Assembly: GCA_902567635.1 (NCBI GenBank)
Contig: CACFNV010000004.1
Coordinates: forward strand, 1,483-65,482
From: an uncultured Alphaproteobacteria bacterium
GTDB lineage: Bacteria; Pseudomonadota; Alphaproteobacteria; Rhodobacterales; Rhodobacteraceae
Reading direction: 5' to 3'
DNA length: 64,000 bases
Shown: positions 9,707 through 17,482 of the stretch, in pieces
Layout: every line of letters starts with the position of its first letter
How positions within the stretch are numbered: position 1 is the stretch's first letter
Program-made: the position numbers and the translations under genes
Notes under the pieces: generated by a model
The model's input: the letters and a program-made list of their open reading frames with translations, nothing else
The model's database searches: none
What the model was told of the DNA's origin: nothing

Positions 9707-10171
9707 TTATATTTTTAAATCTAAACGCGGTTTCCAAAATGGTCTGAAAAGCTCAATTTTTGGACACCTGTTCATTACTACCCTAAGGCCTGCATCTTCT
9801 GCAATTCTAGCTGCTTCATCGTCGTAAACACCGATTTGACCCCAAAGTACTTTAGCGCCAATTTCTATAGCCTCCTGAGCTACTCTAAAAAGCTCTTCTT
9901 TTCTACGGAAAACCTGAACCATATCGATAGGTTTATTTATTTCTTTTAGAGAATGGTATACTTTTAGACCTCTTATTTCATGTAATTTTCGATCGGGGTT
10001 CACTGGCAACATCTCGTATCCAGTTTCATGCAGAACTCTTAATACACCATAGCTGAACTTTGTTTTATCTGAGCTAGCGCCCACCATTGCTATTGTTTTT
10101 ACAGACTTCAGTATATCAGCCAAGTAGGTTTGTGAATAATCATAAATATGGTCAACGTCTGCATCAGGCAT
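9707..10171 (-). CDS. CoA-binding domain protein (YccU-like)
   Basis: A Rossmann-like IAMVGASSDKTKFSYGV start is followed by MLPVNP. The size (154 aa) fits. Its ATG shares one nt with the ferredoxin stop (TAATG). Confidence 0.7.
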   Translation of the reverse strand: MPDADVDHIYDYSQTYLADILKSVKTIAMVGASSDKTKFSYGVLRVLHETGYEMLPVNPDRKLHEIRGLKVYHSLKEINKPIDMVQVFRRKEELFRVAQEAIEIGAKVLWGQIGVYDDEAARIAEDAGLRVVMNRCPKIELFRPFWKPRLDLKI

Positions 10172-10536
10172 TAGTTTTCTCCTTTAGAAGTGGCAATGTC
10201 TGCTTTAAGTTCATGAGGTTTGAGAGGATCAAGAAAAGGGTTGCGATACAGCTTGTCATGACTTTCCACTCCAATTTTTAGCGATATATCTGTTTTAGGT
10301 CTTGCCACACATAATATAATATATCCCTCATTTAGCTGTCTATTGTTAAGCGCAACTTGACGCCTTTGATCTACTTTACCAGATGTAAGTTTGGCAGCGC
10401 ATGTTATGCATCCACCATATTTACATCCATATGGTAGATCAACTCCTTGCTCACGTAAGCTTTCTAAAAGTGAGCGCTTCGCGTCTACTTCATATAACGA
10501 GTTATCACGATTTTCTATTTTTACCGTATGTGTCAT
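10171..10536 (-). CDS. Plant-type [2Fe-2S] ferredoxin
   Basis: The cysteine spacing is C-X4-C-X2-C...C (CKYGGCITCAAKL...ILCVARP). I chose the ATG at 10536 (MTHTVKIE...), which shares one nt with the SBP56 TGA. Confidence 0.8.
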   Translation of the reverse strand: MTHTVKIENRDNSLYEVDAKRSLLESLREQGVDLPYGCKYGGCITCAAKLTSGKVDQRRQVALNNRQLNEGYIILCVARPKTDISLKIGVESHDKLYRNPFLDPLKPHELKADIATSKGEN

Positions 10537-11891
10537 CACAACCAAATATCACTTGTACAATCACCACCAGGATAACGGGCTTCATGGCAGCGGCTAGGAC
10601 CGTTCGGTTCATTTCCAAAGTTGACAATGAAATCAGAGTTTATGGACATCCCTCCATTTTCCGGGTCACAGTCTATCATTACCATAACGCCACCATTTTC
10701 TCTAATTTCGGGGTAAAATTGGTTATCCCAAGTAGAGAATAAGGATGTTGTTACATAAAGCCTCTTTCCGTCAAGGCTCAGTTGAAACATTTGAGGTCCA
10801 CCAGCCATCTTTACGCCATTTACCTCTGGCGCTTTTCCCAGGAGACCACCCATCCAAACCTGACCAGTTAATACTGGCTTATGTGGATCTGAAATATCAT
10901 ATTGACGCATGTCTCCATGCAACCAATTATTAAGGTAAAGGTATTTATCATCCATAGAAACAAGAATGGCTGACATCACACCTGGAATAGGTATTGGCCA
11001 ATCAGGGTGAGGTTCATTTTCAACATCTATGATTTTCTCCCAATTCCATTTTCCCTGATCGTCTTTCCACCAATGGATAACGTTCGCACTCAGTGCTGCT
11101 CCACAAAATCCATGGGAGCTATCAGGATTGTGATGAAATTTTACCTCTAGTGGTACAAGCCCATCCTCGCCTAAATAAAACGTTTCAATTGGCTCGCGTT
11201 TTTCAAAGTCCCAGAAGTGAAGCTGCCGACCATACTTAAGGTGACCTACCTCCTCTAAATCGAATCCTGGCATGAATGTGTTAGGGGCGGCCCACTCAGA
11301 AGAAACCATTATATTGTGGCGTGGCTGGTACCAAAAGTCATAGCTAAAAGGAATGCTGCCCATTGAATTTTCCCACCGTCCGACAATTTCAAAGTCTTTA
11401 TTTAAGTGAAGGTAGCCGCCTGGTGCTTCCCCTTTTGCATCACCAAGCATGGAAACAATGATTTCTGATCCCAAACAATGAACCGTATGAGGGCCACTGA
11501 GATTAGTTTTAGACTTTATATCGGCGCCACTTATAATTTTGTGAAGCTTTGGAGCACTAGGATTGGTTGCGGTATCAACTATATGTATGTTGTTGGAACG
11601 GACCCCAGGAAGAAGAAGATATTTTCTTGCCATATTTGCATCGTCATGGCAGGAAGAACAAGCATTCCAACCCATGTGATGCAATTCATCCCCGATGCCA
11701 GGCATTTCAAGTCTATGAATAACTTTGGAATAATTTGGGCTATTTGGATCAACGTCAACTGTTGCTAAATAATCTGGTTTTTGTATTCCCGTTCCAGTGT
11801 AGATGGCGATTGTGTAAAGTAAATTTTCTCTAGGGGCCTTTATTGCCTCTGTGGGAGAAGCATATCCGGGGCCGCAACAACTTTTGTCCAT
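10536..11891 (-). CDS. Selenium-binding protein 56 family protein / putative methanethiol oxidase; no signal peptide
   Basis: SBP56 hallmarks span the full length: N-terminal CCGPGYASPTEA, HHMGWNACSSC, YDFWYQPRHN, GGPQMFQLSLDGKRLY and RYPGGDCTSDIWL. From memory, it is very similar throughout to human SELENBP1. Confidence 0.9.
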   Translation of the reverse strand: MDKSCCGPGYASPTEAIKAPRENLLYTIAIYTGTGIQKPDYLATVDVDPNSPNYSKVIHRLEMPGIGDELHHMGWNACSSCHDDANMARKYLLLPGVRSNNIHIVDTATNPSAPKLHKIISGADIKSKTNLSGPHTVHCLGSEIIVSMLGDAKGEAPGGYLHLNKDFEIVGRWENSMGSIPFSYDFWYQPRHNIMVSSEWAAPNTFMPGFDLEEVGHLKYGRQLHFWDFEKREPIETFYLGEDGLVPLEVKFHHNPDSSHGFCGAALSANVIHWWKDDQGKWNWEKIIDVENEPHPDWPIPIPGVMSAILVSMDDKYLYLNNWLHGDMRQYDISDPHKPVLTGQVWMGGLLGKAPEVNGVKMAGGPQMFQLSLDGKRLYVTTSLFSTWDNQFYPEIRENGGVMVMIDCDPENGGMSINSDFIVNFGNEPNGPSRCHEARYPGGDCTSDIWL

Positions 11892-11895
11892 TCAA

Positions 11896-12294
11896 TTACT
11901 CTATTATTTCAACTTCATTACCAGATTTTTTCCAAGCAGCGAATCCACCTTCAAGATGGGAAACAGGTTTCAAACCCATATCTTGTGCGGCTTTTGCAGC
12001 TAGGGCAGAACGACCAGCAGCAGCACAATAAAAAACGTAATGCTTATCTTGATTAAACGCGTCTTTGTGATAAGGGCTTTCAGGGTCAATCCAGAACTCT
12101 AACATTCCTCTCGGGCAAGATAGAGAATTTGGAATTTTGCCTTCTCTCTTAATTTCCCTAGGGTCTCTTATATCTACAAAAACAAATTGTTCGTCATTGT
12201 AATAATTAGAGGCATCTGCAATTGGCGTCGTTTTAACCTCTGAATTTGCATCAGCTACCATATCTTTCACATGTTTAATTATATTTTGAGCCAT
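11896..12294 (-). CDS. Single-domain rhodanese sulfurtransferase
   Basis: FVDIRDPREI and the active-site loop YCAAAGRS are present, followed by GGFAAWK. Its stop lies 4 nt upstream of the SBP56 start. Confidence 0.8.
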   Translation of the reverse strand: MAQNIIKHVKDMVADANSEVKTTPIADASNYYNDEQFVFVDIRDPREIKREGKIPNSLSCPRGMLEFWIDPESPYHKDAFNQDKHYVFYCAAAGRSALAAKAAQDMGLKPVSHLEGGFAAWKKSGNEVEIIE

Positions 12295-12360
12295 AGTTGT
12301 CCTTTTCTTAAAATCCTAAATGAATATTGCATGATCAGTAACTGCAAGCAACAAAATGAT

Positions 12361-13068
12361 TTATGATAGTAACCAGCCTCCATCAACATCAACCGTAGTT
12401 CCATTAACAAAATCGTTTTCTATTAGAAATATTATTGCTGTAGCAACCTCTTCTGGGGTACCTGCTCTTTTTATGGAATGATTTTCTGTGAAGTTCCTGA
12501 TAAATTTTTCTCTTTCTTCGCCTTCTTGAGGGAACATAGGTGTGTCAATAATACCAGGTGAAACAAGATTAATTCTTTTGGGAGACATCTCTAATGCTGC
12601 CGCTCTAACCAGATTTTCAACAGCTCCTCCTACTGCAGATAGGGTTACCATTCCAGGCTTTGTTTTTCTTGCAGGAGCTCCACTTACTAAGACCATTGAT
12701 CCATTTTGATCTAAATTCTTTGTTCCATGACGTATAACATTTGCATACCCCCAAAGTTTATCAAAAGATGACTTGAAACCGTCCATATCCATTTCTAAAA
12801 AATCACCTGCTGCGCGTGTGCCGCCAGTTGCAGCGCTAACTAGAATATCATATGGAGCGTATTTGCTGAAAATGTTATCAAGTTGATCGACCTCCCTAAC
12901 ATCACATTTTTCTAAAGTAATTTTATTGTGGTGCTTTCCTTTTGCTTTTTCAGGTTCTCTACTCAAAGCGATTACTTCTGCTCCTTTTTCTATAAGTAGA
13001 TTGCATGTTGCTAAGCCAATACCGGAAGTCCCTCCAAAAACAAGAGCTTTTTTGTTCGATATATTCAT
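12361..13068 (-). CDS. SDR-fold protein (atypical; the YxxxK dyad is not evident)
   Basis: The N-terminal cofactor motif is ALVFGGTSGIGLA and the C-terminal end is ...VDGGWLLS. Where classical SDRs carry Y-x3-K, this protein reads TLSAVGGAVENL. Confidence 0.75.
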   Translation of the reverse strand: MNISNKKALVFGGTSGIGLATCNLLIEKGAEVIALSREPEKAKGKHHNKITLEKCDVREVDQLDNIFSKYAPYDILVSAATGGTRAAGDFLEMDMDGFKSSFDKLWGYANVIRHGTKNLDQNGSMVLVSGAPARKTKPGMVTLSAVGGAVENLVRAAALEMSPKRINLVSPGIIDTPMFPQEGEEREKFIRNFTENHSIKRAGTPEEVATAIIFLIENDFVNGTTVDVDGGWLLS

Positions 13069-13152
13069 TCTTACCTCATTATTTGTTTGTCTTTCTTCAT
13101 CAATAATATTAAAGCAGACATATGAACATAAGTATATTTATTGGATGTGAAA

Positions 13153-14106
13153 ATGCAAAATAATATGAAAGGGATTGGAGCTATAATCTTAGGCTCCATT
13201 TGTTTTTCGGTTAATGATATATCGATAAAATTATTTAGTTCAGAGTACTCTTTACATCAGCTTATGTTCTTCCGAGCTCTTTTTGCAATTGTTATTTTAA
13301 TTGTTGCAATTCTCCCGCTATATGGAGGATTAAATTATTTGAGCACAAAAAACCCTTTGTTCCATATATTTAGAGGAATGACAGTGGTCGGGGCTAATAC
13401 TTTTTTCTTTATATCTATCGCCAAGCTTTCAATTGCAGAAGCTACCGCCATTTTTTTTATTGCCCCAATTTTAATTACAATATTAGCTTATATTTTTTTA
13501 AATGAGAAAGTAGGTTATAGGAGAGGAATTGCGTGCGTCTTGGGTTTTATAGGAATGATTTTTGTTGTTAAGCCGGGAACAATCAGTTTTGAACTTGTTT
13601 CCATTTTTCCTTTAATTGCAGCTCTTTTTTATTCAGTCTTGCATATTATAACGAGAAAATACGGTGCTGCTGAAAAGCCAATAACAATGGGTTTTTATAT
13701 TCAGGTTTGTTTCTTTAGTTCCAGCGTAATATTTGGGATATTCTTTAGTTATTTTGAACCAAGTTACTCGGGAAATAATATGTTTGATTTTCTATTGCGT
13801 CCATGGACTAGTCCAGGACTCTTTGATTTAGCCCATATTTTTTTCGGGATAGCTATTCCAATCTCTATTGGCGGTATCTTGGTATCTTACGCATATAAAA
13901 ATCATCAAGCGTCTCTTTTGGCGCCTTTTGAGTACGTCGCTTTAGTTTTAGCCGTTGCTTCTACCTATTTGATATGGAATGAGCTACCTGACTCATATTC
14001 TTTTTTTGGTATTTTACTAATAATGTCATCTGGTATTTTTGTCTCATTGAGAGAAAAAGAAGTTAGCAATCTTAGAACATCCCGAAAAATTATAACCCGT
14101 CGCTAG
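13153..14106 (+). CDS. EamA/DMT-superfamily transporter
   Basis: The profile shows about 10 hydrophobic helices and two EamA-like halves. I prefer the ATG at 13153 over the TTG at 13141. Confidence 0.8.
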   Translation: MQNNMKGIGAIILGSICFSVNDISIKLFSSEYSLHQLMFFRALFAIVILIVAILPLYGGLNYLSTKNPLFHIFRGMTVVGANTFFFISIAKLSIAEATAIFFIAPILITILAYIFLNEKVGYRRGIACVLGFIGMIFVVKPGTISFELVSIFPLIAALFYSVLHIITRKYGAAEKPITMGFYIQVCFFSSSVIFGIFFSYFEPSYSGNNMFDFLLRPWTSPGLFDLAHIFFGIAIPISIGGILVSYAYKNHQASLLAPFEYVALVLAVASTYLIWNELPDSYSFFGILLIMSSGIFVSLREKEVSNLRTSRKIITRR

Positions 14107-14110
14107 TCTG

Positions 14111-15049
14111 ATGATTAGCAAAAAAGCAAAAAAAAGGAAGTCTTTAATATTTCGATTAATGGGACTTTTAATCTTTATAAACCCAGCAAAAATTACATTT
14201 TTTCAACTAAAGTTTTTACGATACGCAATTTTTATTGCCTCATTTAGAAGACCCAAAGTAAAGGATGTCTCGTGGTTTAGAATCTCATCAAACAATATAT
14301 CACTATTCATAATTCGGCCCAAAAATATCTCGGATAAAAAGACTATTATATTTTTTCATGGAGGAGGTTTTTTTGTAGGAAGTTTTGGAATTTATAGACA
14401 ATATGTTGCTCTTTTGGCCAAGTTGACCCAAAGAGAAATATATTTTGTTGAATATCGCCTTGGGCCAGAAAATAAATTCCCTTGTCAGTTAGAGGATGCG
14501 ACGGAAGCATATAAATATGTATTAAAAAAAAAAGGAAGTTCAAAAAATATAATTCTTGCAGGGGACTCAGCCGGTGGAAATCTTGCACTAACTCTATTTT
14601 TGAAAATAAAAAAAGAGAATTTACCAAAGCCTGCTGGCATTTTTGTTGTTTCTCCTTGGGTTGACCCCAACTTAGAGGTAACAGAATATTCGGACAAACT
14701 CTGCAAGAAAGACGCCTTAATTGGTCCTTTTATCAAGAAAGCAAAAAAGAGGAAATTAGAAAGGTTATCTAAGTATTTTGTGAATAATACAGATATAAAG
14801 AAAGATCCTTTTATTTCTCCAATATACGGAAATTTTAAAGAGGTACCACCTCTAATGGTCCAATATTCAGAAGAAGAGGTTTTCTCACCCCAAATAAAGC
14901 TATTTATAAATAAACTTAATAAACATGATGTTTCTGTTTTCGTGAAGTGCTGGAAAAATATGTGGCATGATTTCCAATTAGAAACGGATTTGCCAGAAAC
15001 AAAGGAGTCATTTCTTGAGTTTAAATATTTTTTAGATAATATCTCTTAA
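14111..15049 (+). CDS. Alpha/beta hydrolase, HSL-like (family IV) esterase/lipase
   Basis: The oxyanion motif is HGGGFFVG and the nucleophile elbow is GDSAGGN. The gene starts 4 nt after the DMT gene. Confidence 0.8.
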   Translation: MISKKAKKRKSLIFRLMGLLIFINPAKITFFQLKFLRYAIFIASFRRPKVKDVSWFRISSNNISLFIIRPKNISDKKTIIFFHGGGFFVGSFGIYRQYVALLAKLTQREIYFVEYRLGPENKFPCQLEDATEAYKYVLKKKGSSKNIILAGDSAGGNLALTLFLKIKKENLPKPAGIFVVSPWVDPNLEVTEYSDKLCKKDALIGPFIKKAKKRKLERLSKYFVNNTDIKKDPFISPIYGNFKEVPPLMVQYSEEEVFSPQIKLFINKLNKHDVSVFVKCWKNMWHDFQLETDLPETKESFLEFKYFLDNIS

Positions 15050-15933
15050 CTTTTATCTTCACCTGATTGAGCGGCATAAATAGAGGTATATCCTCCAGAC
15101 CAATCAGGAGGCATTTGGCATGGCCTAGGATCGTGATGGGCCCACTTAACATTTTCGCCTCTTACTATTTTGTAAGTGTTGGACGTAGGCTGTGGATGGG
15201 CAGTGTAAGCCTTGGCGTCTGCAGAAGTAAAGCAATTCAATAGTAAGGGTCTTGGGTTTTTTGACTTCGAAGAGGGCGAAAAATGTAAAGATCTTGCATT
15301 ATGAATTGTGATTGATCCAGCATTACCAGTTAAATATTCTACATTAGACATATCTATATTCTCTGCATCCTCATCACTAAGCATTCCTGTCCAGTGTCCA
15401 GCTTTGTCATATTGATTATACAAGTCATGGTTATGAGATTCTTTTAGTACGGCAAGAGGACCATTATTCATATCGGTATCTTCAAGGTAGCAGCCGATAG
15501 TTATTACATTGTAATTTGTATGAGGGAAGAATTGAATATCCTGATGCCATTTGACAGTATCACTTTCATCATACCATTTGAAATTAAGTTTTGAATGATG
15601 GAAAGTAACATTTGGGCCAACAAGATCACTAGCTACATCAGCCATCAAACCGGTCGAAAAACTCCAATATTCATCGTGATTTTCATCTGGGCTTTTGAGT
15701 CTTCTTAAAATTGGGCTATCTTTTGAATGACCTGGTCCTATATCAAAAACATTATTTGATTCTGAAAATTCTCTGCTTTTTTCGACGAACTGATTAGTGA
15801 CATCCTTAAGCTTATTCAAAGTTTCTTTAGGCACTAAATCCTTCACACCAACAAATCCATATTTAAAATAATATTCTCTTTGCTCGTCACTCAATACTTT
15901 AGATGGATATGATAATATTTCTTCGGGGGTCAT
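15046..15933 (-). CDS. Phytanoyl-CoA dioxygenase (PhyH) family Fe(II)/2-oxoglutarate oxygenase
   Basis: WHQDIQFF supplies the HxD iron ligands, and a distal His lies in ITIHNARSLH. The length is 295 aa. Confidence 0.75.
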   Translation of the reverse strand: MTPEEILSYPSKVLSDEQREYYFKYGFVGVKDLVPKETLNKLKDVTNQFVEKSREFSESNNVFDIGPGHSKDSPILRRLKSPDENHDEYWSFSTGLMADVASDLVGPNVTFHHSKLNFKWYDESDTVKWHQDIQFFPHTNYNVITIGCYLEDTDMNNGPLAVLKESHNHDLYNQYDKAGHWTGMLSDEDAENIDMSNVEYLTGNAGSITIHNARSLHFSPSSKSKNPRPLLLNCFTSADAKAYTAHPQPTSNTYKIVRGENVKWAHHDPRPCQMPPDWSGGYTSIYAAQSGEDKS

Positions 15934-16049
15934 TGTTTCCTCTTTTCCAGTTTTTAGTATTTTAAATTATTTGATCAATTTCTCTTGCAACATCAATCTA
16001 TAATCGCATATTTTTGTGTAAACGAAAAACTAATTTATTGAGTAAATAT

Positions 16050-17240
16050 ATGAATGGTCCATTAGAAGGGGTGAAAATTATAGACTTAACATCTATGATT
16101 TCTGGCCCTAGTGCAACAATGATTTTGGCAGACCAAGGAGCAGAGGTTGTCAAAATAGAAAATACTTTAGTGGGAGATTACACCAGAATAGTTAATACCA
16201 GCAGAGGTGGTTTTTCAGCGGCTTTTATTAATAACAACAGAAATAAAAAATCAATTTGTATCGACTTAAAATCTGAAAAGGGAAAAAATATATTTTTCCA
16301 ATTAATAAAAACTGCAGATGTAGTGATTCAAAATTTCAGACCGGGTGTAATGGATAGATTAGGAATAGGCTATCCAAAGATATTAAAGATAAATCCGAAT
16401 ATTATTTATACATCTATAAGCGGATTTGGATTTGTTGGCCCCTATTCGCAGAAACCTGTATACGATCCTCTTATTCAGGCATTATCAGGCCTTACCACAG
16501 TTCAAGCTGGATCAGATGAAGAGAGACCAAGGCTAGTGAGAACCATTCTTCCGGATAAGCTGACAGGCTTTGCTACAGCTCAGGCAGTTACATCCGCACT
16601 ATTTCACAAGGCCAAAACCGGTAGAGGGCAAGAAATAAAGATCTCCATGCTGGATACAGTTATTTCATTTTTATGGGGTTCAGATATGGGGGGGCATACA
16701 TTTGTTGGAGATGAACTAGATAAAGAAACCGCTCAAAGTTTTATCGATTTAATATATGAAACAAAGAATGGTTTTATATCCGTTGCTGTGCAATCTGATA
16801 AAGAATGGAGAAACTTATGTAAGGCATTTGATAAGAATGAGTGGTTGGAAGACGCTAGATTCTCGTCTGCTTCGTCAAGGCATGAAAATATTGATTCGCG
16901 TTTGGAATTAACTCAAAAGGTTTTAAAAATAAAAACCACTGAAGATTGGTTAAATATACTTAATGAGCATGATGTTCCTTGTGCTCCCGTTTTAACAAGA
17001 AAAGAGGTGATTAGGAATGAGCAAGTCTTGGCTAACGACATTGTTGAGATTATTGACCATCCAATAGCAGGTAAAATTAGGCAATCTAAGATAGCAGCTA
17101 GATTTTCTCTATCTGATAAAAAGAAAAATTTAGCTGCACCCGCTCACGGAGAAAATACTAACGAAATCTTAGGCTGTTTGGGTTACTCAGATTCAGAGAT
17201 CGAAAACCTTATTCAACAAGGAATAATAAAATCGGTCTGA
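16050..17240 (+). CDS. Family III CoA-transferase (CaiB/BaiF family)
   Basis: PLEGVKIIDLTSMISGPSATMILADQGAEVVKIE is the typical N-terminus for this family. I prefer the ATG at 16050. Confidence 0.85.
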   Translation: MNGPLEGVKIIDLTSMISGPSATMILADQGAEVVKIENTLVGDYTRIVNTSRGGFSAAFINNNRNKKSICIDLKSEKGKNIFFQLIKTADVVIQNFRPGVMDRLGIGYPKILKINPNIIYTSISGFGFVGPYSQKPVYDPLIQALSGLTTVQAGSDEERPRLVRTILPDKLTGFATAQAVTSALFHKAKTGRGQEIKISMLDTVISFLWGSDMGGHTFVGDELDKETAQSFIDLIYETKNGFISVAVQSDKEWRNLCKAFDKNEWLEDARFSSASSRHENIDSRLELTQKVLKIKTTEDWLNILNEHDVPCAPVLTRKEVIRNEQVLANDIVEIIDHPIAGKIRQSKIAARFSLSDKKKNLAAPAHGENTNEILGCLGYSDSEIENLIQQGIIKSV

Positions 17241-17253
17241 GATAAAGCATAAA

Positions 17254-17364
17254 TTAGAGATCAGTAGTTTTTCTTAAAACAAATAAAAAATATATTGTTG
17301 TAATATGTGAAAATTTATTTGGTATGGTTATTGCAAAAACTACAAAGCATGAAAAATTTTTCAT
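17254..17364 (-). CDS. Candidate 36-aa hydrophobic small protein (MKNFSCFVVFAITIPNKFSHITTIYFLFVLRKTTDL)
   Basis: AGGGAGG (complement of 17372-17378) lies 7 nt upstream of the ATG at 17364. The peptide has hydrophobic stretches followed by a charged RKTTDL tail. AT-rich sequence can produce such peptides by chance. Confidence 0.2.
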   Translation of the reverse strand: MKNFSCFVVFAITIPNKFSHITTIYFLFVLRKTTDL

Positions 17365-17365
17365 G
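17348..17365. repeat. Perfect 18-bp palindrome CATGAAAAATTTTTCATG
   Basis: The sequence is its own reverse complement, checked base by base. It places ATG-AAA-AAT-TTT-TCA-TG on both strands. Confidence 0.95.
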
Positions 17366-17388
17366 TTCATACCTCCCTGTTGACTAAA

Positions 17389-17418
17389 GCCGGACATTAC
17401 AATGTTCGGCTTTTTTTT
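17389..17418 (+). terminator. Rho-independent terminator
   Basis: The stem is GCCGGACA/TGTTCGGC (8 bp with one G-U pair), the loop is 6 nt, and a T8 run follows (17411-17418). It lies about 150 nt downstream of the CoA-transferase stop. Confidence 0.7.
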
Positions 17419-17482
17419 ATTGAAAAAAAAAGCGTTATTAAGTAGAATAGTTCTGTTATCTAAAACATTAATAAGGTAAATT

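Larger units (their letters stand above)
17321..17418 (+). ncRNA. Candidate small RNA or leader ending at the intrinsic terminator; antisense to the ribosome-binding site and start of the minus-strand small ORF
   Basis: GGTATG (17321-17326) can pair with CATACC (17368-17373) around an inner hairpin formed by the 18-bp palindrome. An exposed CCUCCC follows, then the terminator. The 5' end is a guess. Confidence 0.2.
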
